Shown piece after piece: positions 1 through 10,452 of a stretch of DNA of 64,000 nucleotides. Below the pieces are notes generated by a model, which saw only the letters and a list, made by a program, of their open reading frames with translations, made no database searches and had not been told where the DNA came from. Numbering within the stretch: the stretch's first letter is position 1; the number at the start of each line of letters is the position of its first letter. The stretch lies in the IMG/VR virus record IMGVR_UViG_3300030107_006644, positions 1 to 64,000 of that record; one strand, 5' to 3'. The position numbers and the translations under genes are program-made.

Positions 1-69
1 GATCGTGGCAATTTGAAGGCAACAAGCCCCGCACTTTATCAAAAAATACAACAACTAATGGACATTTAA
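1..69 (+). CDS. 3' end of an upstream hypothetical gene (partial)
   Basis: Frame 1 is open from the window edge (DRGNLKATSPALYQKIQQLMDI*) and stops 16 nt before the next ATG, matching local gene packing. Confidence 0.4.
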   Translation, partial: DRGNLKATSPALYQKIQQLMDI

Positions 70-85
70 CAATAATAGGTGAAAA

Positions 86-859
86 ATGACACATATTTCA
101 TTTTCTGAGCTAAAAAATTGGAATTTTTGCCCATTTTACCATAAATTGGTGAATTTGGACAAGATTTCCGGGTTTAAAGGCAACGAATACACGGCTTTTG
201 GTACCGCAATCCACGATGTTTGCGAAAAAGTGGCGTTAAAAGAGGAAATTGACCCCGAATCGCACTTTATTGAGCGATTCGAAGCAGAATTGGCCGATTT
301 GGACGAAGATGTTGAAATTCGACCACAATTGGTCGAATCTATGCGTTTTCAAGGCCGTCAACTGGCTCCTGAAGCGGTTCCGGCCCTTTTTGAGACCTTT
401 GGGTCGTGGGAGTTAGTAGAAGCCGAGGAAAAGCTGTATGAAGACATCAAAGATCACGACGATTACATGTTTAAGGGGTTCATTGACTTAGTAATCAAGT
501 CAGAGGATGGAAAATACCATATTATCGATTGGAAAACGTGTTCTTGGGGCTGGGACCACCGGCGCAAGGCCGATCCGATGACTACTTATCAGCTAACACT
601 GTATAAGCATTTCTGGTGCGCCAAACACGGCGTAGATCCCGAATTAGTTGAAACTCACTTTGCTTTGCTAAAGAGAACTGCAAAAAACAATCGAGTCGAG
701 ATTTTTAGAGTTACAAGCGGTGCTAAAAAAACAAATAATGCTCTTAACTTGCTAAACAAAGCGCTGCATAATATTAAAAGCAAAACTTGCATCAAAAATA
801 GATTATCATGCACATCTGGTTATGGTTGCGAGTTTTACAAGACAGAGCATTGCCCATAA
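86..859 (+). CDS. PD-(D/E)XK nuclease, Cas4/AddB/RecB-like exonuclease with probable Fe-S cluster
   Basis: N-terminal ISFSEL..W.FCP, GTAIH, GFIDLV..IIDWKT catalytic motifs, YQLTLY, C-terminal Cys cluster SCTSGYGCEFYKTEHCP; TAGGTG RBS. Confidence 0.85.
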   Translation: MTHISFSELKNWNFCPFYHKLVNLDKISGFKGNEYTAFGTAIHDVCEKVALKEEIDPESHFIERFEAELADLDEDVEIRPQLVESMRFQGRQLAPEAVPALFETFGSWELVEAEEKLYEDIKDHDDYMFKGFIDLVIKSEDGKYHIIDWKTCSWGWDHRRKADPMTTYQLTLYKHFWCAKHGVDPELVETHFALLKRTAKNNRVEIFRVTSGAKKTNNALNLLNKALHNIKSKTCIKNRLSCTSGYGCEFYKTEHCP

Positions 860-868
860 GGATTATAA

Positions 869-2146
869 ATGACAACAGAGAAAAAAATTAAGATATTAAC
901 AATATCTGACCACCCATTATCTTCTTCTGGCGTGGGGATTCAAACGAACAACATGATTTCCGGTCTTTTGGAAACCGGAAAGTATCAAATTATAAGCGTC
1001 GGCGGAGCTATAAAGCATGAAAATTATGAGCCGCAAAAGACTGATAAATATGGAGATGACTGGATTATATACCCAGTTGATGGATACGGTACCCAAGATA
1101 TGATTCGTTCTATCGTTCAAAACGAAAAGCCGGATATTTTGTGGTTTATGACAGACCCGCGCTTTTTTGAGTGGTTGTGGATGATTGATAATGAAATAAG
1201 ACAACATGTTCCGATGGTTTATTATCATGTGTGGGACAATTACCCATATCCACACTTTAATAAAAAGTTCTACGATTCTAATGATGTTATCGTCACAATC
1301 TCGAAGGTTACAGATGATATCGTTCGGAACGTTTCACCAGATGTTGAGTGTATTAGATTACCCCATTCGGTAGATACTGAACACTATAAACTTATAGATG
1401 AAGCCGAGGTAGATAAGTTTGTTAAAACAAATCCAGCCCTCTCACTGCATCGTGAAAAGGATAAGGTGTTGTTTTTCTGGAATAATAGAAATGCGCGCCG
1501 AAAGCAGAGTGGAAGCTTGTTATGGTGGTTCAAGGAATTTTTAGATGAAGTAGGCGAAGATAACGCGGCGCTTTTGATGCATACAGATCCCAAGGATCCA
1601 AATGGGCAAGACTTGGAGGCGATTCTGCAAGAGCTAGACGCACTGAACGGTCAAATAATGTTGTCGCCGGCTAAGATAGGCAGCGACGATTTAGCGCGAA
1701 TCTATAATGCTGTAGATTGCACAATTAATATCTCCGATGCAGAAGGATTTGGTTTGTCTACTTTTGAGTCACTGATGTGTGGCACTCCAATTATAGCAAA
1801 CATGACCGGAGGTCTACAAGAACAGGTAACCGATGGTAAAGAGTTTTTTGGAGTCGGTATCGAGCCTAGCTCCAAAGCTGTTATAGGTTCTCAGCAGGTA
1901 CCTTATATCTACGAAGATCGAATTAGCAAGGAAGATTTTATAAGCGCCTTGAAGAAGGTCTATAATATGACCAAGGAAGAGCGAAAAGCTCTCGGCGCCA
2001 AGGGCCGTGATTATCTCATGAAAAACTATGGGTTTAAGCAGTATCAGGAAAAGTGGGATGAAGTTCTAACAGATGTGCACAACAAGCATGGTTCTTGGGA
2101 TACTCGAAAAAATTATACAAATTGGACACTTACGGAGGTTGTATGA
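869..2146 (+). CDS. Glycosyltransferase, GT-B fold (GT4-like)
   Basis: N-terminal KILTISDHP..SSGVG, NRNARRK acceptor/donor loop, EGFGLSTFE (ExFGLxxxE) motif, GTPII. Confidence 0.9.
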   Translation: MTTEKKIKILTISDHPLSSSGVGIQTNNMISGLLETGKYQIISVGGAIKHENYEPQKTDKYGDDWIIYPVDGYGTQDMIRSIVQNEKPDILWFMTDPRFFEWLWMIDNEIRQHVPMVYYHVWDNYPYPHFNKKFYDSNDVIVTISKVTDDIVRNVSPDVECIRLPHSVDTEHYKLIDEAEVDKFVKTNPALSLHREKDKVLFFWNNRNARRKQSGSLLWWFKEFLDEVGEDNAALLMHTDPKDPNGQDLEAILQELDALNGQIMLSPAKIGSDDLARIYNAVDCTINISDAEGFGLSTFESLMCGTPIIANMTGGLQEQVTDGKEFFGVGIEPSSKAVIGSQQVPYIYEDRISKEDFISALKKVYNMTKEERKALGAKGRDYLMKNYGFKQYQEKWDEVLTDVHNKHGSWDTRKNYTNWTLTEVV

Positions 2147-4101
2147 GTAAGAAAATTTTAGTAAGAGGCCCCGCAATGTCTCTTTCCGGCTACGGAGAAC
2201 AGTGCAGGTTTGCGCTCAGATCTCTAAGGGCTCATGAGGAACATTTTGATATTTACTTAGCTAACACTGGCTGGGGCAATACAGGGTTTATTATCGAAAA
2301 CGATGAAGAACGACAGTGGATTGATGAAATTTTAAAGAAGACAATTGAATACACTCATGCCGGCGGAACCTTTGACATGTCGCTACAGGTAACGATTCCG
2401 AATGAATGGGAACAGATAGCTCCAATTAATGTTGGTTATACAGCCGGTATTGAAACTACAAAAGTGGCGCCCCAGTGGATAGAGAAGGCTGCAATAATGG
2501 ATCGGATTATTGTTGTGTCGAACCATGCGAAAGAGGTATATGAAAATACCACATATCAAGCTCAGCATCCGCAAACCGGAGAGTCAGTTGAGGTTGGCTG
2601 CACTGCGCCAATTCATGTCGTGAATTATCCTGTGATGCCGCACACTCCAACTGAAATGCCGCTAGAGCTAGAGCATGATTTTAACTTTCTAACGATAGCT
2701 CAATGGGGCCCCCGAAAGAATTTGGACAACACCATTCGCTGGTTTGTAGAAGAATTTATCGATCAGCCTGTGGGGTTGGTGGTTAAAACCTTTTTGCAGG
2801 CCAACTCGACCATTGATCAACACTATACAGAGGCAAGATTGGCGGCCTTATTGAAAGAATACCCAGATAGAAAATGTAAGGTGTATTTGTTGCACGGCTC
2901 GCTGACAAACGAACAGATGTCCGGTCTTTATCAGAATGAAAAGATTAAGGCGTTGGTAAATCTTTCTCACGGAGAGGGATTCGGCCTATCTATGTTTGAA
3001 GCTGCTACTTATGGAAAGCCTGTGGTGTCGCCGAACTGGAGTGGTCAAAATGACTACTTATATGCGCCTGTTACAAATCGAAAAACGAAAAAGTCAAAAA
3101 TTCGACCTTTATTCGCTAAGGTTGATTTCACGATGGGCCGTGTTTTCCCACAAGCAGTTTGGGAAGGGGTAATCCAGCCAGATTCTCAGTGGTGCTATCC
3201 CGACCCGGGAAGCTATAAGATGACTTTGCGAAAAGTATACAAACAGTACAACAAGTATGTGGGAATGGCAAACAAGCTGAAGAAGCATGTACATGAAACA
3301 TTCTCCAAAGAGTCTCAATATAAGCTGTTTGCAGAGGCAACTTTAGGAACAGAGATCCAAACTGTCGACAGAGAAGATCTGCCGAAAATATCCGTAATTA
3401 CTTCTGTTTATAATGGAGATGACTACATTAAGCCGTTTTTAGAAGATATGGTTAACCAAACGATCTTTGATAAGTGCGAACTTATCCTTGTTAACGCTAA
3501 TTCGCCGGGTTCGGAAGAAGAGGTTATTCGTGAATATATGGACAAGCATGACAACATTATCTATAAAAAGCTCGACGAAGACCCGGGAATTTATGGAACT
3601 TGGAACGAGGCGATTAAGCTTTGTACTGGTGAATATATTACTAATGCTAACTTAGACGACCGTAAAGCACCAGATTCTGTTGAGCGCCACGCTAAAGAGC
3701 TTTATTTGAACCCTGATGTCGACTTGGTATATTCTGATTCCTTTATCACGGATCAGCCAAACGAGACATTCAACTCTAACTCGGCTGCCGGCAGAAGATA
3801 TAACTTTTTGCCGTTTAGTTTTGAAAATCTAAAAACAGTAAATATGCCGCACAATAATCCAATGTGGCGCGCCGATATTCATGAAAAGTGCGGAGAGTTT
3901 GATGATAAGTATCGCTCGGCAGGTGACTGGGAGTTTTGGCTCCGTGCAGCATCGCAAGGAAGCAAATTTAAAAAGATTAATGATATCTTAGGGCTGTACT
4001 ACTTTAATCCTGAAGGCGTTTCCACAAACCCTGATAATTTTGAGTGGAAGATGCAGGAGGAACAAGAAGTATACAACAAATATAAGGATCTAACACTGTG
4101 A
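2143..4101 (+). CDS. Bifunctional glycosyltransferase: N-terminal GT4-like plus C-terminal GT2-like domain
   Basis: GYG N-terminal loop, RKN and EGFGLSMFE (GT4), then KISVITSVYN, NLDD, GDWEFWLR (GT2). Start moved from 2095 to ATG 2143 (GGAGG RBS, ATGA overlap). Confidence 0.88.
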   Translation: MSKKILVRGPAMSLSGYGEQCRFALRSLRAHEEHFDIYLANTGWGNTGFIIENDEERQWIDEILKKTIEYTHAGGTFDMSLQVTIPNEWEQIAPINVGYTAGIETTKVAPQWIEKAAIMDRIIVVSNHAKEVYENTTYQAQHPQTGESVEVGCTAPIHVVNYPVMPHTPTEMPLELEHDFNFLTIAQWGPRKNLDNTIRWFVEEFIDQPVGLVVKTFLQANSTIDQHYTEARLAALLKEYPDRKCKVYLLHGSLTNEQMSGLYQNEKIKALVNLSHGEGFGLSMFEAATYGKPVVSPNWSGQNDYLYAPVTNRKTKKSKIRPLFAKVDFTMGRVFPQAVWEGVIQPDSQWCYPDPGSYKMTLRKVYKQYNKYVGMANKLKKHVHETFSKESQYKLFAEATLGTEIQTVDREDLPKISVITSVYNGDDYIKPFLEDMVNQTIFDKCELILVNANSPGSEEEVIREYMDKHDNIIYKKLDEDPGIYGTWNEAIKLCTGEYITNANLDDRKAPDSVERHAKELYLNPDVDLVYSDSFITDQPNETFNSNSAAGRRYNFLPFSFENLKTVNMPHNNPMWRADIHEKCGEFDDKYRSAGDWEFWLRAASQGSKFKKINDILGLYYFNPEGVSTNPDNFEWKMQEEQEVYNKYKDLTL

Positions 4102-4733
4102 AGGTTTATACGTTCTACACGGAATCGCATAAGCGATTTTTAGATGATTATTTTTTGCCTTCATTTGAATCGGTAGGAGAGTATGAATTAGAGCTTCAAG
4201 AGTTTGAGCAAGAATGTCAATCTGGAGAGTTCATGCAGGAAGGCTGGAATAGAACGATGAGGCGTAAAGTTGAATATATAATCCGGGCATGCGAAGAGAC
4301 CATGGGAGGATACTTTATCCACGCAGACATCGACATTCAATTTTTAAGGCCCAGTAAAAACTTGTTACTAAAAGAACTTATGGGCTATGAGATGGTTTTT
4401 CAGAACGATCTAAACATGATGTGTGCGGGGTTTTTTGCTTGCAAATCTAGCAATAAAACACTAGATTTCTTTAATGGCGTTCTTGATGACTTACCAAATC
4501 ATGGAAACGATCAAATAGCTATCAACAACCATCTTCTTCGAGGCGATATTAGTTTTAAGCCGCTACCAAATCAGTTTTATACTGTGGCAATGTCCTTGCA
4601 AGGTCGAGAGTGGGATGGCGATGAATCGTTCGATGTACCCGATGATATTGTATTACATCACGCAAATTACACAAGAGGTATAGACAACAAGTTTAAGCTT
4701 TTAGATTTAGTCAAACAGCAAACGGGGCTATAG
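4098..4733 (+). CDS. Nucleotide-diphospho-sugar transferase (GT-A, GT77-like)
   Basis: RRKVEYI, DxD motif HADIDI, CAGFF, NDQ and HHAN motifs typical of this GT-A family. Confidence 0.7.
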   Translation: MKVYTFYTESHKRFLDDYFLPSFESVGEYELELQEFEQECQSGEFMQEGWNRTMRRKVEYIIRACEETMGGYFIHADIDIQFLRPSKNLLLKELMGYEMVFQNDLNMMCAGFFACKSSNKTLDFFNGVLDDLPNHGNDQIAINNHLLRGDISFKPLPNQFYTVAMSLQGREWDGDESFDVPDDIVLHHANYTRGIDNKFKLLDLVKQQTGL

Positions 4734-5581
4734 TGAGCTACCAAGAAGAAATATATGAAAGGTTTTCAGACTTCCGAAAGCCGGCAGAATTTCCAGTATA
4801 TCCTCCCTATCATGAGGGCCCGTATTTAGAAGAGTATTTTAGCAACAGATTTTTGGAGGACTCTCCTGAAACTGATAAGATCTTTATTCCCGTATATTGG
4901 ACTCATTGCTATAATGATGGATATGACTCAAAGGAACTAAAACAGGCTATAAGCGAGTTAGACTCTTCCCGTTCATATTTCGCCGTCATGACTCACGATG
5001 ACGCACCAAAAGAGCTATTACCCAAAGGTACCACATGCTTTTCGGCCGGCGGCTTAAATGGAGACGTGCCAATTCCGTTGGTGTGTTCGGGATTTAAGGA
5101 TGTAAAGTCGCGACAAAGGGATATTTTTTGCTCTTTTGTTGGCTCTATAACTCATCCGATTCGCTCTATGATGTGCCATTCCTTGCCACTAGACTCTCCC
5201 AAGTATCACATATATATTAAAGGCTGGACGCCCAATATCACGAAAGAGGCGGAAACTGGTTTTAGACAAGTAATGGAAGAATCTGTTTTCTCTTTGTGTC
5301 CTAGGGGGTATGGGCCTACGAGCTTTAGGCTATACGAGGCGATGCAACTTGGATCGATTCCGGTGTATATTTACGACAGAATGTGGCTTCCATGGCAAGA
5401 TGATTTAAACTGGGCAGAGATATCCATCCCAGTGCACCTAAGCAGGTTGCCTGAATTAGATTTAATCCTTTCTTCGATTTCGCAAGAGAGGATTGAGACA
5501 ATGCAGCAAAGTATAGCATCCGTGTATGACGACAATTTTACGTTTGATGCCACATATAGGAAAATATTGGAAAGACTGTGA
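4733..5581 (+). CDS. Exostosin-family (GT47-like) glycosyltransferase
   Basis: SVFSLCPRGYGPTSFRLYEAMQLGSIPVYI...WLPW signature; RDIFCSFVGS. Confidence 0.8.
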   Translation: MSYQEEIYERFSDFRKPAEFPVYPPYHEGPYLEEYFSNRFLEDSPETDKIFIPVYWTHCYNDGYDSKELKQAISELDSSRSYFAVMTHDDAPKELLPKGTTCFSAGGLNGDVPIPLVCSGFKDVKSRQRDIFCSFVGSITHPIRSMMCHSLPLDSPKYHIYIKGWTPNITKEAETGFRQVMEESVFSLCPRGYGPTSFRLYEAMQLGSIPVYIYDRMWLPWQDDLNWAEISIPVHLSRLPELDLILSSISQERIETMQQSIASVYDDNFTFDATYRKILERL

Positions 5582-5919
5582 ATTATAAAGAAGAGCGCCC
5601 ATGGGGAACATTCGAAAATCTATTAGAAGAGAAATATTGCAAGGTAAAACAGATAGTTGTAAAGCCCGGTCATAGACTTAGCTATCAATACCACCATAGG
5701 CGTTCTGAACACTGGGTAATTGTGTGCGGTCAAGCAGTAGTGACTTTAAATGGTGAACAATCTTATCTTACCCCGGGCGAGCATATACATATACCCGTTA
5801 CAAGCAAACATCGAATTCACAACATAGGTAAAAGTGATTTGGTTTTTGTAGAGGTGCAGTGTGGTGATAACTTTGATGAGGAAGATATAGTGAGATTAGA
5901 AGATGATTATTCGCGGTAG
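5578..5919 (+). CDS. Stand-alone type II mannose-6-phosphate isomerase (cupin, ManC C-terminal-like)
   Basis: RPWG, LSYQYHHRRSEHWV, HRI.N, VEVQ.G, EEDIVRLEDDY motifs. Confidence 0.88.
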   Translation: MNYKEERPWGTFENLLEEKYCKVKQIVVKPGHRLSYQYHHRRSEHWVIVCGQAVVTLNGEQSYLTPGEHIHIPVTSKHRIHNIGKSDLVFVEVQCGDNFDEEDIVRLEDDYSR

Positions 5920-5925
5920 GCAGAA

Positions 5926-7818
5926 ATGAATATTATAATTCCTCTAAACGGCTCAGGCCAACGCTTTATAGATGAAGGCTATCAAGAACCAAAGCCGCTG
6001 ATTAAGATACAGGGCAGGCCTATGATTTACTGGGTCGTGGAGAGCCTAGACTTGGATGCTGACGATCAGGTTGTCATCGTTTATAATAGCATGCTGGATT
6101 CCTATGATTTCTGCTCTGCTATTCAAAATCAATTCAGAGAGCTGAACTTTAAGTTTATCCCACTTAAGTATCAGACAAGAGGGGCCGCAGAGACAATATT
6201 GTGCGGCTTAAATAACCTACCATCGGATGATCTGAAGATGTCGTGTATGTTGGTTGATTGCGATACAATATACATGGACAATATAGTGGCAAAGTATAGA
6301 CAAAAGAAGGGAAATGCAATATTTTATTTTGAAGATACAGAGGATAAGCCAATATACTCATATATTGCCATGAATCAAGATAATGAGATATCAGATATCA
6401 AGGAAAAAGAAAAGATATCAAACAATGCAAATACCGGCGCTTATTGTTTTAGCAGTGGGGAACTGTTGAAGCAGTATTGTCAAAAGTTATTGAATTCCGG
6501 AGATAGAAGTAAGAACGAATTCTATATTTCTGGGGTTTATAAAAAGATGATAGAAGACGGTTTAAAGATTACCGGACATCTGGTTGACAGCTTTTATTGT
6601 GTTGGGACGCCGATACAGCTTCAGTGGTTTGCTTCTGCGATAGAGCATGGAGGCAAACAAAGAATTTGTTTTGATATTGACAACACTCTGTTAACTTATC
6701 CCAAAGTTGAAGGTGATTATTCGACATGTGAACCAATACCGGAGCCAATACGTTTTCTTAAATTTCTCAAAAACATGGGACATGAAATAATTTTATACAC
6801 TGCTCGACGTATGAGGACTCACAACGGAAACGTGGGAAAAGTTGTATCTGATATTGGAGACGTAACGATTGCATCTTTGAAGAAGCATGGAATTCCGTAT
6901 GATGAAATATATTTTGGCAAACCTTATGCTAGCTGCTATATTGACGATTTGGCGATAAATCCAAAATTATCTCTGGAAAAGCAGTTGGGGTTCTACAAAA
7001 CTGAGATTAAGCCCCGCGAATTTCACAACATAGAACAAACAAGAGACATGGTTACCAAGCGTGGTGATCTTGCAGGAGAAGCTTACTGGTATAAACACTT
7101 GCCATCAGAATTAGCCGGTTTGGTGCCAAAGATGTATAGCGTGGAAAAAGAGCAACTAATTATGGAGCGGATAAATGGAATATCACTTTCTTATCTGTAT
7201 ATTAACAACTCGTTAACAATTCACAATTTAGAAAACCTTCTTACGGCTCTCGACACGCTTCATGGGTTTGATACAGAGCCGGCGGCAGCTTTTAAGGCGC
7301 GCCAAGGTTTATACGACAATTACGACTTAAAACTATCAAAAAGGTATTGCGAATATGACTACAGTAAGTTTTCAGATTCATATCAAACATACAAAAAGAT
7401 ACACACGAAGTTGTCAGAGTATCGACGACGAGATCTTGCTATTCCGGGCATAATACATGGTGATCCGGTTTTTACAAATGCGCTTCTTGATACGACAAAC
7501 AGTATAAAATTGATAGATCCGCGAGGAAAGCTTGGGGATAAAGAAACCATATATGGAGATATATTTTACGATTATGCAAAGATATACCAGTCCTTGATAG
7601 GTTACGATTTTATATTGCTGGAAAAAGATTTTAATGAACGATATATGTGTGAAATGGTAAAATATTTTGAAGAACACGTAAAAGACAAGTATGGAGTTAA
7701 ACGTTTGGCAGCTGTAAAATTAATAACAGCTAGCATGCTGTTTTCACTAATCCCACTGCATGACAATGATAAGTGTGACAAGTACTACAACTTGATTAGC
7801 GAAAGAGAGCTTCTATGA
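5926..7818 (+). CDS. Three-domain fusion: sugar-phosphate nucleotidyltransferase + HAD phosphatase (capsule BcbF/EcbF-like) + APH/choline-kinase-like kinase
   Basis: IIIPLNGSGQRF..PKPLI (NTP transferase); ICFDIDNTL, YTARRM, GKP..YIDD (HAD); IIHGDPVFTN, LIDPRG, YDYAK (kinase). Confidence 0.8.
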   Translation: MNIIIPLNGSGQRFIDEGYQEPKPLIKIQGRPMIYWVVESLDLDADDQVVIVYNSMLDSYDFCSAIQNQFRELNFKFIPLKYQTRGAAETILCGLNNLPSDDLKMSCMLVDCDTIYMDNIVAKYRQKKGNAIFYFEDTEDKPIYSYIAMNQDNEISDIKEKEKISNNANTGAYCFSSGELLKQYCQKLLNSGDRSKNEFYISGVYKKMIEDGLKITGHLVDSFYCVGTPIQLQWFASAIEHGGKQRICFDIDNTLLTYPKVEGDYSTCEPIPEPIRFLKFLKNMGHEIILYTARRMRTHNGNVGKVVSDIGDVTIASLKKHGIPYDEIYFGKPYASCYIDDLAINPKLSLEKQLGFYKTEIKPREFHNIEQTRDMVTKRGDLAGEAYWYKHLPSELAGLVPKMYSVEKEQLIMERINGISLSYLYINNSLTIHNLENLLTALDTLHGFDTEPAAAFKARQGLYDNYDLKLSKRYCEYDYSKFSDSYQTYKKIHTKLSEYRRRDLAIPGIIHGDPVFTNALLDTTNSIKLIDPRGKLGDKETIYGDIFYDYAKIYQSLIGYDFILLEKDFNERYMCEMVKYFEEHVKDKYGVKRLAAVKLITASMLFSLIPLHDNDKCDKYYNLISERELL

Positions 7819-8507
7819 AAATCGCCCTATGTGTTTCCGGCAAGCCTACGGGCTACGATATAACATTTCCCTTTCTACGTGAAAACATCATAAAAGATCG
7901 AGATGTTGATATCTTTTTGCATTGCTGGGATGAAGGAGGGGCAGAGAAGAAAAAGATACTCTCCCTTTACAGGCCGGTAGCTTATGAATTTGAAAATATA
8001 GCGGTTCAAGATGCATGGCCAACTCAGCATAATTTATCTTCATACACCAATCAACTTCCGGGCGTTAATCCAATAAATGTATTTGGACAAATGTATACGA
8101 TTTATAAGGCTAATGAGTTAAAGCGAAAGCATGAAAAGCACAACAAGGTAAAATACGATGCAGTTATCAAGTATAGATTTGATTTAGCGATAGAACAAAG
8201 GTTGCCAATAGAAGAAATGGATCTTGAGTATTGCTGGTTTAGTCCTCATGGCCCGCGCGGCATGCCAAGAGACTTCTTTTGTATAGCGTCTTCGGAGAAT
8301 ATGGATAAATACGCTTCAACGTTTACACATTTAAAAGATTATTATTTCGCACACAATGTACCTATTTGTGGTGAAGAAATGATATTTCACAACGCGAGGC
8401 AAAAGGGTTTAATACCTAGAACCGTGCTGATTCGTAATGGCCTATACCGACCCCCGGGCCATCATCAAGGCGATGGGGTTATCGTACACTTTCCGCCAAT
8501 ACTGTGA
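7815..8507 (+). CDS. Hypothetical protein, probable glycan-modifying enzyme
   Basis: MKIALCVSG...DIFLHCW...YDAVIKYRFD pattern seen in polysaccharide-locus proteins; coupled to neighbours within the glycan cluster. Confidence 0.5.
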   Translation: MKIALCVSGKPTGYDITFPFLRENIIKDRDVDIFLHCWDEGGAEKKKILSLYRPVAYEFENIAVQDAWPTQHNLSSYTNQLPGVNPINVFGQMYTIYKANELKRKHEKHNKVKYDAVIKYRFDLAIEQRLPIEEMDLEYCWFSPHGPRGMPRDFFCIASSENMDKYASTFTHLKDYYFAHNVPICGEEMIFHNARQKGLIPRTVLIRNGLYRPPGHHQGDGVIVHFPPIL

Positions 8508-8513
8508 GTAATT

Positions 8514-9518
8514 ATGATTTTATATATTGATACATTCGTGACCAACATGCCGCTTTCTGCACATCATGATGGTCGTTCGCCATGGGGATTGCTTAGGCAC
8601 TCCGATTGTTCTTATCGTTGGCGTCCTCGTTTAGAGATTTTCAAGTATACGCTAACCAGCTACGCGGAATATAACTGGTCCAATGTTTATGTTAGGTATC
8701 AACTAGAAGATCCAAACCTGTATGAAGAGGTCAATAAATTTATTAAAGATCTATTTCCAGACGCTTTGATTGAGAATGAACGCAGTGATCGTCAGCCCCA
8801 CTTCATCAAAGCGTATCGAACGCTTCAATCGATGGGTGATAGGTGGATTTTCTATGCGCCAAACAACGATCATCCCATTGTTGCATCGGAATTAAGTATG
8901 CTGGATAAGCTTGTAGATAAGGGCAACGAATTGGAGGGTCGAAATCGCAATTTGATTGGAATGTTTTATTCTCATTTTGATGAGTTCGTACACCTACCTT
9001 ATCCCGGGAACTGGTTCAGCAACATGTACAACAGCGCGGAACAACCCAGAACTATAATTGACGAGGATGACGATACAGTAACAATCTGTAGTAAGTTTGG
9101 CGACAACACAGGCATTCAAATTGTACACATTGATCTGTTTCGCCACTGGTTTATGTCATGGAATTTGGGAGAACACAGGATTATAAGACCTGAGTGTTTA
9201 CGAAATCACTTTTTAACACATGACCAAATAAGCGTGATGCCAAAGAGGGAGATTTGCGCACATTACGATGGTCAGCCATCGTTGAGACCTGAAACGCACC
9301 CGCCCTTGTTTGTACCAGAAGGCTTCTTTGATAACAATGTAAAGGTGAGGTATGGATTTGATGATTACGTTTCAGGCTATGTAAACGTTAATCCAGATGC
9401 AAAAAAATATAGCTTTGAAGATAATAATACCGGTACCGATATTAAAAAGCAAATAGAAGAACTGCCGCTTTTTTGGCAGGATCGAATTAGTGAGGTGAAG
9501 AAAAATGAATCAAAATGA
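8514..9518 (+). CDS. Hypothetical protein in glycan cluster (possible divergent GT-A)
   Basis: 334-aa ORF between glycan genes; WIFYAPNNDHP and CAHYDG resemble GT-A metal-binding elements. Confidence 0.45.
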   Translation: MILYIDTFVTNMPLSAHHDGRSPWGLLRHSDCSYRWRPRLEIFKYTLTSYAEYNWSNVYVRYQLEDPNLYEEVNKFIKDLFPDALIENERSDRQPHFIKAYRTLQSMGDRWIFYAPNNDHPIVASELSMLDKLVDKGNELEGRNRNLIGMFYSHFDEFVHLPYPGNWFSNMYNSAEQPRTIIDEDDDTVTICSKFGDNTGIQIVHIDLFRHWFMSWNLGEHRIIRPECLRNHFLTHDQISVMPKREICAHYDGQPSLRPETHPPLFVPEGFFDNNVKVRYGFDDYVSGYVNVNPDAKKYSFEDNNTGTDIKKQIEELPLFWQDRISEVKKNESK

Positions 9519-10452
9519 AATTTTAGTTACTGGCGGAAGCGGGATGGTTGGCCATGCCTTAAAGCGGGTCATTCCGGAAGCAATATTTGTCTCTTCTAAG
9601 GATTATGACCTTAGAAGCCATTTTGAGGCCGAGATAATGTTTGCCACTCACGCGCCAAAATATGTTATTCACTTGGCTGCTAAAGTTGGCGGAATTAAGG
9701 CTAATATGGAAAAGCTAGGTGACTTTTATAGAGACAATGCATTAATAAATACGAATGTTCTTGAAAGCGCCCGAAGGTTTCGGGTAAGAAAGGTGGTCTC
9801 TTTGCTGAGTACATGCATCTATCCTAATGAGGTTATTTATCCTTTGACAGAGGACCAAATTCATAATGGCCCACCTCATCAATCAAATTATGCTTATGCA
9901 TATGCGAAACGAATGCTGGATATCCAGTCACGCGCGTACAGAGAACAATATGGGTGTAATTTTGTTACAGCCGTGCCAAACAACTTGTTTGGGGAAAATG
10001 ACAATTATGATTTAAACGATTCTCACGTAATACCAGCGATAATGCATAAGATGTATTTGGCTAAACAAAATGGTCAACGCGTGGTATTATGGGGTGATGG
10101 AAGTCCGTTGAGGGAGTTTACCTATTCATTGGATCTCGCAAACATCTTATTATTTCTTATGGAACACTACGACAAGCCAGAACCAATTAATATTGGAAAC
10201 ACCGGAGAATATGCTATTCTTGATATCGCACAGCTGATTGCCTCAAGACTTGGTTATAACGGAGAAATTGTTTGGGATACGACAAAGCCCGCAGGACAAC
10301 TTAGAAAGCCGTCTGATAATTCAAGACTTCACAGCTTGGGATGGAGACCGGAAATGTATACTGATTTTAAGGGCTCTTTGTCATCTGCATGCGATTGGTT
10401 TGTGGAAAACTATGGCACAGCAAGGGGGACCGAAAATGCGAACACGGAATAA
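9505..10452 (+). CDS. fcl: GDP-L-fucose synthase (GDP-4-keto-6-deoxymannose epimerase/reductase)
   Basis: [47 protein letters not shown]. Confidence 0.93.
   Translation: MNQNEILVTGGSGMVGHALKRVIPEAIFVSSKDYDLRSHFEAEIMFATHAPKYVIHLAAKVGGIKANMEKLGDFYRDNALINTNVLESARRFRVRKVVSLLSTCIYPNEVIYPLTEDQIHNGPPHQSNYAYAYAKRMLDIQSRAYREQYGCNFVTAVPNNLFGENDNYDLNDSHVIPAIMHKMYLAKQNGQRVVLWGDGSPLREFTYSLDLANILLFLMEHYDKPEPINIGNTGEYAILDIAQLIASRLGYNGEIVWDTTKPAGQLRKPSDNSRLHSLGWRPEMYTDFKGSLSSACDWFVENYGTARGTENANTE

Noticed and set aside
86-859. CRISPR-Cas locus suggested by the Cas4-like gene
   Set aside because: No repeat-spacer array or other cas genes seen anywhere in the window
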